From Thermodesulfobacteriota bacterium (lineage in GTDB: Bacteria > Desulfobacterota > Desulfobacteria > Desulfobacterales > SURF-7): a stretch of DNA of 64,000 bases. The notes under the pieces were generated by a model. It had not been told where the DNA came from. It searched no databases and was given only the letters and a program-made list of their open reading frames with translations. This document shows positions 9,354 to 18,374 of this stretch, piece after piece. Both the position numbers and the translations under genes were made by a program. The DNA lies in the NCBI GenBank assembly GCA_049320885.1, contig JBMORA010000018.1, forward strand, positions 32,001-96,000, written 5' to 3'. Position 1 is the first letter of the stretch, and every line of letters starts with the position of its first letter.

Positions 9354-10493
9354 ATGAAACGATCAAGCATTTTTCTTCTCTGTTTTCTGATTCTGGTGTG
9401 CGGTCATGATATCGGAGCCGCTGCGGAAAACGACCCCGTAACCGTCACCGGTATGGCGGCGGCGAACAGCCCCAACGCCCGGGACCAGGCCTTGAAGGAC
9501 GCTTTCCGGATGGCCATCGAACAGGCGGTGGGGGTCAACGTGACCGCCGACTCCGTCATCAAGAACAACACCCTGCTGAAAGACGAAATCTACGCGCACT
9601 CCGAAGGGTTCATTGAAAAATGGGATATCGTCAAGGAAGACACCAGCCATGGCAACCTGACCCTGACAGTCAAGGCCTGGGTTCGGGAGGGGCGATTGAA
9701 CAAAACCTTGTTTCTCAACGGCCTGGATGTCAAAAAGATCTATTCCTGGATCGGCGAACCCCGGGTGCTGATCATGATGCAGGAATTCACGGACAACCAG
9801 GTTTCGGAAATGGGTATTTCCCAGACCGAACTGGAAAACGAATTCATTGAAAAAGGCATCGATGTCTTCAACCAGATGCAGATCGCCGAAATCAACGCCC
9901 GGGACAAGGAGCTTGCCTTCAAGGATGCCAAGGCCGCCGTGACTCTCGGTAAACGCTTCGGGGCCGAAATCGTGGTTTCGGGAAAATGTATCGCCAATTT
10001 CAGCCGGGAAATCCCCATCGGCCAGTTCAAGATGAATTTCTATTCCACGATCATGCAAATCCGGGCATACAGCACGGCCACCGGCAAACTGATCCATTCC
10101 GCGAACTACAGCAGCCCCAAACGCGGTGATACGAGCGCCATGGGAAAATTCGACGCGGCGGTCAACTCCATCAAGGCCACCCTTGCGGCCTCCAAATCCG
10201 ATATCCTCTACCGGATTGTCAAGAACTGGTATGATGATTTTTCCCAACCCAAAACCTACCAGGTCATGGTCCGGAACCTGAATTACAGTGATCTGGAAAA
10301 ACTGAAACAGCAGTTCTATACCTTTGAAGGTTTTCAGAAGTTGCTGGTGAGAAGTTTTGCCAACAACATCGCCGAGATCGATATCCGGTACGAAAGCCTG
10401 CGCGGAGATTTCATGAAGGATATCCAGAAACCGGAGTTCCCGTATCGCATCACCCAGCAGGAACAAAACCGAATTCATTTGGAGCACAAATAA
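9354..10493 (+). CDS. Exported protein with FlgT-N/LPP20-like N-terminal domain and a FlgT-M/CsgG-like central domain
   Basis: Signal peptide (..GAAA|E); ARDQALKDAFRMAIEQAVGVNV...SEGFI is the FlgT-N pattern; PRVLIM and GAEIVVSG in the central domain. Confidence 0.6.
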   Translation: MKRSSIFLLCFLILVCGHDIGAAAENDPVTVTGMAAANSPNARDQALKDAFRMAIEQAVGVNVTADSVIKNNTLLKDEIYAHSEGFIEKWDIVKEDTSHGNLTLTVKAWVREGRLNKTLFLNGLDVKKIYSWIGEPRVLIMMQEFTDNQVSEMGISQTELENEFIEKGIDVFNQMQIAEINARDKELAFKDAKAAVTLGKRFGAEIVVSGKCIANFSREIPIGQFKMNFYSTIMQIRAYSTATGKLIHSANYSSPKRGDTSAMGKFDAAVNSIKATLAASKSDILYRIVKNWYDDFSQPKTYQVMVRNLNYSDLEKLKQQFYTFEGFQKLLVRSFANNIAEIDIRYESLRGDFMKDIQKPEFPYRITQQEQNRIHLEHK

Positions 10494-10494
10494 T

Positions 10495-12003
10495 ATGAAA
10501 GCAGGACTTCTTTTCGGAACGGCGGCTCTCTGTCTCGCTCTTTGGGCAGGCGACTCTCCGGCGGCCCCCATGTTTTCCGACGCCATCAAAAACAAAACCC
10601 GTATCATGCTCATCGTTTCCGATGGCGGCAATGCCGGCGATTTCGTCGATTATGCCGAGAACCTGCTCAAAAAAGGGTTCAAACAAAAAGGCGCGATGAT
10701 CATCAACCCGGAAATAATGAAGAAAATCAAGGAAGACAAGTTGCTCTGGGAAGCTATCCAGAACGGCAACGCCACCGCCATGGCCAAAATCAGCACCGAT
10801 TACGGCGCCGTGATTCTGGCAAGGGGCACGCTTTCCGTGGACGCCCGCCAGCGGTTCGCCGCCTCCTGGGAAGGGTCGGCCTCTCTCAGCCTTTTGGCCG
10901 TTGACACCAAGACGGCCGAGGAAATCGCCAACATCACCAGCGATCCGCTGGGTACCACCATGAGCCCGGCGCCCATGGAAGATTCGCCCCTCATCGCCAA
11001 GCAGATCGCGGTTCAAAAAGTGTGCGACAATGTGCTGATGAAAGCCGGGCTGAGCTCCGGCGAGGAAGACATCACCGGGGCCGCATCCGTTCAGCTGGAA
11101 TTATACGACGTCTTCGATCTGAGCGACCGGCCGGCCGCTTTGGTCTTTTCCATGGACGGCAAGAAACTCTTCGTTTCCTCCGGCAGCAACGTTCAGGTCT
11201 TTGGACTTCTCGAACGCAAGGTCCTCAGCACCCTGGAACTGAATGAGACCGGCTGCGTACTGGATGTGAGCCCCAACGGCCGCTTTCTGGCAACAGTGGA
11301 CACCGGCGGAATGCTTTATGTCTGGGATGCTGACAGCGGCAGCCTCAAAACAAAAACGGAAACCGCCGCCGGCGCAGCCACCGCAATAGCTTTCCGGCCG
11401 GACTCGGCCACCGTGGCCCTGGCTGGAGACGATTACAAGATCCACCTCGTGAACACCATGAGCGGCAAGGAAACCGCTGCCTTTGAAGGGCATCAGGACA
11501 TGATCAACTCCCTGGCCTTCACCCCCAACGGCGATCACCTGATTTCCGCTTCCCAGGACCTCTCCACGAGGTGGTGGGACGTAAACGTCAAACGCGAAAA
11601 AAAGGCCCTGACCGAAAACACGGACAAACTCTTGCGCATGTCCCTGAGCCAGGATGGCTCCCTGGTGGCCCTGAGCACGGTGGATATCCATATCGACCTG
11701 ATGCGCAATACCCGCAAGGACGTCCGCCACATCAAGGTGCGCAACACGGTTACCGGAGAGGAAATCCGCACCCTGGACGGCCACAGCAAAGATATCACGA
11801 CCCTGAACTTTCACGCCAGCAAACGCTTCTTGGCTTCCGGGGCCGTCGATGACAGCGTTCGCATCTGGGATGTGCAAAAAGGCGATATGGTGTCACAACA
11901 AGATTTGGGCGGCGATGTCATCCAGGTGGTGTTCAGCCGTGACAGCAAATGGCTGGCGGCCGTTTCCGACGACCATAAATTGACTGTCTGGAAATTGCGG
12001 TGA
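10495..12003 (+). CDS. Exported WD40-repeat beta-propeller protein with N-terminal CsgG/FlgT-M-like domain
   Basis: Signal peptide; GH...WD repeats (GHQDMINSLAFTPNG...RWWD; GHSKDITTLNF...RIWD); 1-bp gap from the upstream gene. Confidence 0.82.
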   Translation: MKAGLLFGTAALCLALWAGDSPAAPMFSDAIKNKTRIMLIVSDGGNAGDFVDYAENLLKKGFKQKGAMIINPEIMKKIKEDKLLWEAIQNGNATAMAKISTDYGAVILARGTLSVDARQRFAASWEGSASLSLLAVDTKTAEEIANITSDPLGTTMSPAPMEDSPLIAKQIAVQKVCDNVLMKAGLSSGEEDITGAASVQLELYDVFDLSDRPAALVFSMDGKKLFVSSGSNVQVFGLLERKVLSTLELNETGCVLDVSPNGRFLATVDTGGMLYVWDADSGSLKTKTETAAGAATAIAFRPDSATVALAGDDYKIHLVNTMSGKETAAFEGHQDMINSLAFTPNGDHLISASQDLSTRWWDVNVKREKKALTENTDKLLRMSLSQDGSLVALSTVDIHIDLMRNTRKDVRHIKVRNTVTGEEIRTLDGHSKDITTLNFHASKRFLASGAVDDSVRIWDVQKGDMVSQQDLGGDVIQVVFSRDSKWLAAVSDDHKLTVWKLR

Positions 12004-12089
12004 GACGAAGTACCGGGAATGGAACTCATACAGGCAATCGTCGTTAAACAGAAAACAAACAACCTCAACCAAACAGAAAGGAAAAGGCC

Positions 12090-12647
12090 ATGATGACGAA
12101 AAAAACGACTCTTGCGACAACGGTAACGACAATACTTTATTTTGCGGTTGTAACCTCGGCGTTTGCGAAAATCGATCAGTTGGAAGGCCGCAAGGCCATC
12201 ACCGCCAACGCCAGCTATCAGATCACCTCGGTTGAAAATCAGGACGACGATTCAAAGACCAGCATGGCAACCCTGGGCTTCAGCTACTACCCCAAAAACT
12301 TCCTGGAAACCAAGTTGGCCATGCTGGGAATGAAGGTCGAGTCCGGCGACTTCGACACCACCATCTACAGCCTTGCCGGTGTGGTCAATTTCAACCTGTT
12401 CAAGCCCGGCTGGGTGGCGGTGCCGTATATCGGCGGCCAGCTCGGCATATCTGGCTACGATGCCGGCGAATATGACGATACCGCTCTCTCCTATGGCGGC
12501 CAGGGAGGTGTCAAGTTTTTTCTCAGCGAGGACCTGAGCCTCAACGTGGAATTGAATTATCTGATGACCACGGTCGACGCTGGCGAGGGGGAGGAACTGG
12601 ATGTCGACAACACCAGCGTTCTGCTGGGATTTTCTTACTATTTTTAG
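12090..12647 (+). CDS. Outer-membrane beta-barrel protein (OmpA/OmpW-like, ~8 strands)
   Basis: Signal peptide (AFA|K), alternating strands, VPYIGG motif, C-terminal BAM signal GFSYYF. Confidence 0.85.
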   Translation: MMTKKTTLATTVTTILYFAVVTSAFAKIDQLEGRKAITANASYQITSVENQDDDSKTSMATLGFSYYPKNFLETKLAMLGMKVESGDFDTTIYSLAGVVNFNLFKPGWVAVPYIGGQLGISGYDAGEYDDTALSYGGQGGVKFFLSEDLSLNVELNYLMTTVDAGEGEELDVDNTSVLLGFSYYF

Positions 12648-12687
12648 CCCCAGACTTCGGCAAATACATATAGGAAAAATATAAGGC

Positions 12688-12713
12688 GCCGCCCGCTGAT
12701 GGCAGCGGGCGGC
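12688..12713. terminator. GC-rich hairpin between convergent genes (probable terminator)
   Basis: GCCGCCCGCTG-ATGG-CAGCGGGCGGC, perfect 11-bp stem; the U-tract is weak. Confidence 0.55.
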
Positions 12714-12797
12714 CTTGCGAAAACACCTGACGCCGGGATTGTAAACAGTTCCCGGGCGCCTACCCGGTTTCCTCCATCACACCGGATTTATTTTTCC

Positions 12798-13682
12798 CTA
12801 TCCTGCAATCCGCTCCTCCATCCATGCCCAGATGGCCGCAAATGTTTCATCGCGGTTTATTTCGTTGAAATTCTCATGATAGTTGTCGGCATGCACAACC
12901 ATGGTCAACAACTGGGGCGCAATGGTTTTCAGAGCCGCCTGGGATGCCTCGGCATCCGCCAGTTGATCGTCACCCGCGATAACGGCGAACAGGGAAAACA
13001 TGTTCCAGTTCCTCAAATTGGCCAAAACCCAGGCCTGGGTTTTTTCACTTTCCACACCCAGCTTCGCCGTTACTTTGCTGCCCCTGAGCCCGCTTTTCTC
13101 GTCCTCATGATGGCGCCGGGTGATGGCGGCATCCCGGGTGAGCTGATCCGTCAGCGACGGTGGTTTGATGGAAAACGTGGGATACAGAACGGCAATCACC
13201 TTGGATATCTTTTTCAGCACCGCAGAAATTTTTACCCGATTGACGAGCCAGGGAGAAGAAATGATGAATCCCCGGATGTCCTCTTTCTTTCCGAGTGTCA
13301 GACCGTAATACAGGGAAATGAGGGCGCCGTTGGAATGGGAAATGATAAAAATCGGCTTGCCCGGATGGCGGGCTTTCACCCATTCGTAGATTTTGTGGAC
13401 ATCCCTTGTATAGACATCGTAGGATTCGATGTGGAAAAAATTTTTCCCGCCGGGATTGTGCTTGTCATAGGTACCGTGATGCCGCAAATCCGGCGCATAG
13501 GTGGCGACACCCTTTTCCCGGAAATAAAGCGCCGGGGTCACCCAGTCGCCCCCGTGGGCCAGGCCGCCGTGCAAGCCGATCAGGACGGCCTGGATGTCCG
13601 ACTGCGGAAGCCATTCGTATACCAGCAGCTTTGTATCGGCATCCGCCTGAAAAATTTCCGTTTTTGTCTCAGAAAAATTCAT
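12798..13682 (-). CDS. Alpha/beta hydrolase, lysophospholipase/monoacylglycerol lipase family
   Basis: LHGG..H, DLRHHG, nucleophile elbow SHSNG, GDDQLAD and YHE catalytic motifs. Confidence 0.88.
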   Translation of the reverse strand: MNFSETKTEIFQADADTKLLVYEWLPQSDIQAVLIGLHGGLAHGGDWVTPALYFREKGVATYAPDLRHHGTYDKHNPGGKNFFHIESYDVYTRDVHKIYEWVKARHPGKPIFIISHSNGALISLYYGLTLGKKEDIRGFIISSPWLVNRVKISAVLKKISKVIAVLYPTFSIKPPSLTDQLTRDAAITRRHHEDEKSGLRGSKVTAKLGVESEKTQAWVLANLRNWNMFSLFAVIAGDDQLADAEASQAALKTIAPQLLTMVVHADNYHENFNEINRDETFAAIWAWMEERIAG

Positions 13683-14036
13683 TCCCCCTCCTGTGGTGGC
13701 GCAGGGCTGAGGCTGCGCCGAACTCGGTTGGCACGTTATGGACCGTCAATTTGTATCGGGTTATACCGGTTTGCAGTCGGAATACCGTTTCCGTCCTATT
13801 GTTGAGACTTAGCTGAAAGGATCACGGCTGTCAAGGAGCTGCCGTTTCATAAAAAGCTCCCCTTGGTTTCTTGTTATCGAAGGATTTGCTTCCGTTCGCC
13901 GCGGTAACCGACAGGTTGTTGAAAAAATCAGTTGACTAACGGATACAAGCCGATATATCGTCAAGTGAAACGTAACACTATTCGTATAACATTTCTTTAT
14001 TTATATTTTATCATGCTATATGGCACTGGAGGCGTG

Positions 14037-14396
14037 ATGAAACTGTGGTCAAGAGGCCTGGGAAGAACGGAAGTGCTCATGGACTTCCGCTACTACAAAC
14101 TGCTCCAAAAGCCCGGAAGCCGGGAACTGTATATCATCGGCCGCATGCGGGATCCCGTGAACTGGGAATTCCGCATCACCCTGCAACCCGAAGATCTGCC
14201 GGGATTCATGAGAATGTTTTTCCATCTTGCCATGCTCAAATTTATTTTCCGGAATATCCACCGGTGCATCATTGATTTCTTTCAACGGAATTCGTCCATC
14301 AGGGCAGAACAGGAACACCTGGAGGAACGGGTTGATTCGGCCTACGAACAGGTGATGAGCGGCGGCAGAACAGCCCGGAGACCCCTCACGCTATAA
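14037..14396 (+). CDS. Hypothetical protein, first gene of the flavoprotein operon
   Basis: GGAGG RBS at 14028-14032 before GTG/ATG; MKLWSRGLGRTEVLMDFRYY...; co-oriented with the two oxidoreductases. Confidence 0.7.
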   Translation: MKLWSRGLGRTEVLMDFRYYKLLQKPGSRELYIIGRMRDPVNWEFRITLQPEDLPGFMRMFFHLAMLKFIFRNIHRCIIDFFQRNSSIRAEQEHLEERVDSAYEQVMSGGRTARRPLTL

Positions 14397-14458
14397 AAGA
14401 CGGAAGGCGCGCCGCGCCCCGGGGCTCATCACGAACCAATGCAACGGAAGGAAACACC

Positions 14459-16174
14459 ATGACGGACTACGACGTCATCATCATCGGCGGCGGCATCAAC
14501 GGCCTGACCTGCGCCGCTTATCTGGCCAAGGCCGGTCTGAAAACATTGGTGCTGGAAGCCCGGGGGCAATGCGGCACCCATTGCGACACCACCGAACCGG
14601 GAAGGCCGGGGTTCCTCCACAACCTGCACGCCACCTGGCTGATCAGCGCCATGAGCCCGGCCATGACGGATCTGGAACTGGAAAAATTCGGCCTGGAATG
14701 GCGGGCCACCCGGTACGCCTTCGGCAAAACCTTCGACAACGGCACCAATGTCCTGATCGGCAACGACCCGACCGATACCCTGGCCAATTGGAAGAAGCAT
14801 TCGGAAGTAGATGCCGCGCTGCTGGAAAAAGCCCTGGCCTTCATGCTGCCGCGGATGGCGGAACTCATCGACGCCATGCATACCTGGATCTATACGGCGC
14901 CGGATCTGGCCAAGGAACGCGCCCTGGGGGCGGTATTCGAGGATTTTTTGAACTCCCTGGGCCTTCCCATCCGTTTTGCCGACATTCTCAAACTGAACGG
15001 ATTCGACACCCTGGATCTGATGTACCAGTCGGAACCGATCAAAACCACCATCCAGGCCCTTTCATGGCTGGCCGGCTTTCCGCCCATCCATCCCCGGGTA
15101 GGGACATTGGGTGCATCGGTTTTCGGCAACTTCACCGGCCCGCTTTTTCCGGTGCACACCGCCAAAGGGGGATCTCATGGCCTGACCCACGCCCTGGTCA
15201 AAGCGGCCCTTTCCCACGGCGTCACCATCCTGCCCTGCTGCCCGGTCAGGCAAATCGCCATCCGCAACGGCACGGCCGAGGCCGTAACCCTCTCGGAACA
15301 CGCCGTCTATCCCAATGAAACCTTCACCGCCCGCAGGATAGTCAGCAATCTGACCGTGGCGCCCACTTTCCTTTCGCTGGTGGGCGAAGAGCACCTGCCC
15401 GGGGAACTGGCCGGCCGCATCAAACAATTCTGCTACGAGGATCAGAATATCATTGTGGTCAACTACGCCCTGGACCAGGCGCCCCGGTTTCGATCAGCGG
15501 ATTTCGATCCGGGCATCCAGGAAACATTCATGGGATATTTCGGCGGCAACTCCTCCCAGGCCATGCGGGGGATCATGGAGAGCATCCACAACAAAACCAT
15601 TTACGACGAAATCATCGTTAACTGGTACGTACCCACCCTGGCCGATCCCGGACAGGCGCCGGAAGGCTGCCATGTGGTCAACACCTGGCTGGATGTGCCG
15701 CCCAATCCGGCCCGCTGGAAGGGAAAAAGCATTCAGGGCGGTCTTCAGGCCTGGGATACCTTGAAGTACGAACTGGCGGACGAGATCGACGCCGCCTGGG
15801 AACGCTATGCGCCGGGATTCGGGCGACACGTCCTGGATCGAATCCTGTATTCCCCCCTGGATCAGTTCCGCAACAACCCTTCGGCCGTCATGGGAACCTG
15901 GGCGGGAGGCAGCATGATTCCCGAGCAATTCTATGAAAACCGCCCCGTTCCCGGCGTGCTCAAAGGCGGCGGCTCCCGGACCTTCATCCCCAATCTGTAT
16001 CTATCCAACTCCGTTCATGTGTTCGGGAACTCACTGCTTTCCTCGGGATACATGACCGCTTGCGAGGTGGCGGAGGACGCGGGCGCCAGGGACTGTGACT
16101 GGTGGCGGGCCAAGGCCTTCAACTGGTATGTGGAAAATTCCGCGCGAATTCCCATCAATTCAGGGGTGAGGTGA
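14459..16174 (+). CDS. Phytoene dehydrogenase-family (COG1233) FAD-dependent oxidoreductase, copy 1
   Basis: DVIIIGGGINGLTCAAYLAKAG Rossmann motif, KGGSHGLTHAL, and C-terminal RTFIPNLYL. Confidence 0.88.
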   Translation: MTDYDVIIIGGGINGLTCAAYLAKAGLKTLVLEARGQCGTHCDTTEPGRPGFLHNLHATWLISAMSPAMTDLELEKFGLEWRATRYAFGKTFDNGTNVLIGNDPTDTLANWKKHSEVDAALLEKALAFMLPRMAELIDAMHTWIYTAPDLAKERALGAVFEDFLNSLGLPIRFADILKLNGFDTLDLMYQSEPIKTTIQALSWLAGFPPIHPRVGTLGASVFGNFTGPLFPVHTAKGGSHGLTHALVKAALSHGVTILPCCPVRQIAIRNGTAEAVTLSEHAVYPNETFTARRIVSNLTVAPTFLSLVGEEHLPGELAGRIKQFCYEDQNIIVVNYALDQAPRFRSADFDPGIQETFMGYFGGNSSQAMRGIMESIHNKTIYDEIIVNWYVPTLADPGQAPEGCHVVNTWLDVPPNPARWKGKSIQGGLQAWDTLKYELADEIDAAWERYAPGFGRHVLDRILYSPLDQFRNNPSAVMGTWAGGSMIPEQFYENRPVPGVLKGGGSRTFIPNLYLSNSVHVFGNSLLSSGYMTACEVAEDAGARDCDWWRAKAFNWYVENSARIPINSGVR

Positions 16175-16179
16175 GTTCC

Positions 16180-17778
16180 ATGAAACGACAATCCTATGAT
16201 GTGACGGTGATCGGCGCAGGCCCCAACGGCCTGATCTGCAGCGCCTACCTGGCCAAGGCCGGATTGAAGGTGGCGCTGCTGGAACGGCGGCATGAAACCG
16301 GGGGCGGTCTGGACACCCTGGAATTCGGCGGGTTCAAATTCAACCCCCACGCCGTCTACCATCTCATGGCCGAGGTGATGCCGGCCTATACGGATCTGGA
16401 CCTGAGGTCCAAGGGACTGCGCTATATTTTTCCGGAAGTCCAGGCCGCCTATTTGACGGAGGGCAGACCGCCGTTGCTGTTCTACCATGACCCCATGCGC
16501 ACCATCGACCACATTTCCCGCGCTTACTCCCCGCGGGAAGGCGAGAAATACCGCCGGATGTATTTCGATTTCAAGGATTTTTCCGAGAAAATCCTGATGC
16601 CGCTGACCTATGTGCCGCCCATGCCGGCCATGGACCAATTTTTATCGCTGGAAAGAGCCGCTGACGATGTGGGCAAGCGCTTCAATTCCATCGCGGATCT
16701 GACCGCCGTCGAAATTCTCGACCGGTATGGACTGGAGGAACCCCTCAAGGCCGCCCTGTTGAACCTGTTTGTCATGTGGGGCCTTTCACCTTTTGAAACC
16801 ATCGGGTATCTGCTGCCCCTGTATATCTATCGGATGACCAACGCCGCTCTCTGCGTGGGAGGCTCGCACCGGCTCTCGTCCGCCCTCCATAAGGTCCTGG
16901 TCAAGGCCGGCGGCGCGGTCCTGGATTCCTCGGAGGTGCGGCGGGTCAAATTGTCAAACGGCAAGGCCTGCGGCGTGGTCCTTTCCGACGGCAGTGAAAT
17001 CGACGCCCAAGCCGTGGTCTCCACCCTGGATCCCAGGCAGAGTTTCCTGGAATTTTTCGAGGAAGGCCAGCTGCCGGAAACTGTCAGGGAAAGCGCCAGA
17101 CGCTGGGAATGGGAAACATCCACGTTTTTCGGCGTCCATGCGGCCTTGAAAGAGGCACCCCGCTATGCGGCGGCCGAAGGGAATATGGACGCAAACCGGG
17201 CCATGATCACTTTTCTCGGCGTCCGGGATACGGATCAGCTGCTGGATCACATGGAGGAACTTTCAGCGGGAAAGCTGCCGTCGCATTTCCTGGGGCATAC
17301 CACCTGCGCCTCCCTGTTTGACCCACTGCAAGCCTGCGAAGGCTTCCATACCGGCAGATGGGAATCCCTTGTGCCGTTCGATTGCGACTGGGAAAAAATC
17401 AAGGACGACTACGCGCACCAATGCCTGGACGCGTGGCGGCGGCAAGCACCCAACCTGGAGACGCTCCACATCATGGCCTACCCCCCCACCTATATTGAAC
17501 AAAAGCTCAAAAATATGGTGCGGGGATCGTTCAAGCACGGTGCCTACCTGCCCCTGCAGATGGGCTATTTCCGACCCAACGACGTCTGCTCCCGGACCTA
17601 CACCCCTCTCGCCGGTTACTATGTCTGCGGCGCCAGCGTTTATCCCGGCGGCATGATCCTGGGCGGCGGCGGCTATATCGGCGCCAACATCATTGCCGAC
17701 GATTTCGGCGTTAAAAAGACCTGGGAGGAACCGGAAATGGTCAAGCAGGCCCGGGCCGCGGGGTTTATCGGGGAGTAG
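16180..17778 (+). CDS. Phytoene dehydrogenase-family (COG1233) FAD-dependent oxidoreductase, copy 2
   Basis: ATG at 16180 after GAGGTG; DVTVIGAGPNGLICSAYLAKAG, LERRHETGGG and TPLAGYYVCGASVYPGG motifs. Confidence 0.88.
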   Translation: MKRQSYDVTVIGAGPNGLICSAYLAKAGLKVALLERRHETGGGLDTLEFGGFKFNPHAVYHLMAEVMPAYTDLDLRSKGLRYIFPEVQAAYLTEGRPPLLFYHDPMRTIDHISRAYSPREGEKYRRMYFDFKDFSEKILMPLTYVPPMPAMDQFLSLERAADDVGKRFNSIADLTAVEILDRYGLEEPLKAALLNLFVMWGLSPFETIGYLLPLYIYRMTNAALCVGGSHRLSSALHKVLVKAGGAVLDSSEVRRVKLSNGKACGVVLSDGSEIDAQAVVSTLDPRQSFLEFFEEGQLPETVRESARRWEWETSTFFGVHAALKEAPRYAAAEGNMDANRAMITFLGVRDTDQLLDHMEELSAGKLPSHFLGHTTCASLFDPLQACEGFHTGRWESLVPFDCDWEKIKDDYAHQCLDAWRRQAPNLETLHIMAYPPTYIEQKLKNMVRGSFKHGAYLPLQMGYFRPNDVCSRTYTPLAGYYVCGASVYPGGMILGGGGYIGANIIADDFGVKKTWEEPEMVKQARAAGFIGE

Positions 17779-18358
17779 CATCCATGTCTCCGATCCCCCA
17801 CTCAACGGCCGCATCGCCCACGGTGACCGAAGCCACATGATCCTCGCAATAAAAATGTTCCACCGACCATCGCCGGTTCCGGAAATCGATTTCGAGATGG
17901 CGGTCGTCGACAATGTGAACGACCCGGCAGCGGGAAAGACCCTTCAGGCCTTCCCCGACGGCTTTCAGCACCGCCTCCTTGGCGGTCCAATAACGAAACA
18001 GTTGTTCGGGAAGGAATCCGCCGCAGAGCGACCATTCATCCGGCGCGGCGACCTTATCCTGAAGTCCTTCCCGGAACGGTCTGATTTTTTCAATGTCGAT
18101 GCCCACAGGTTCCGGACCGGCCACAGCCGCCACAAATTCCGGTTTATGGGTAATGGACCAGAATAGACCATCCAGAGGCATGGGAACCCCGCTGTCATTC
18201 TTGGCAGGCCAGCCGGGCGGCAGGGAGACCCCGTATTTCCGGGCGGAGATCGTCAGGGCGTTGCGGGCGTGCCGGCTCAAAAAAATGACCAGGTCCCGGC
18301 CTTTGCGTTGCCGCTCCGATTCCGGCACCTTGAGAATAACGGGATGAATCAGCGCCAC
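17765..18358 (-). CDS. 4'-phosphopantetheinyl transferase (Sfp-like)
   Basis: WSITH, VGIDIE and WTAKEAVLKAVGEGL motifs; GTG start at 18358 after GGAGG. Confidence 0.88.
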   Translation of the reverse strand: MALIHPVILKVPESERQRKGRDLVIFLSRHARNALTISARKYGVSLPPGWPAKNDSGVPMPLDGLFWSITHKPEFVAAVAGPEPVGIDIEKIRPFREGLQDKVAAPDEWSLCGGFLPEQLFRYWTAKEAVLKAVGEGLKGLSRCRVVHIVDDRHLEIDFRNRRWSVEHFYCEDHVASVTVGDAAVEWGIGDMDATPR

Positions 18359-18374
18359 CGCGAGCCTCCAGCGA

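Noticed and set aside
9363..10631. 422-aa minus-strand ORF (likewise 12699-13805, 21690-22589 and 48703-49671)
   Set aside because: All lie opposite well-supported genes and lack motifs or clear RBS.
14459..17778. Carotenoid biosynthesis cluster
   Set aside because: No phytoene synthase, GGPP synthase or cyclase in the window.
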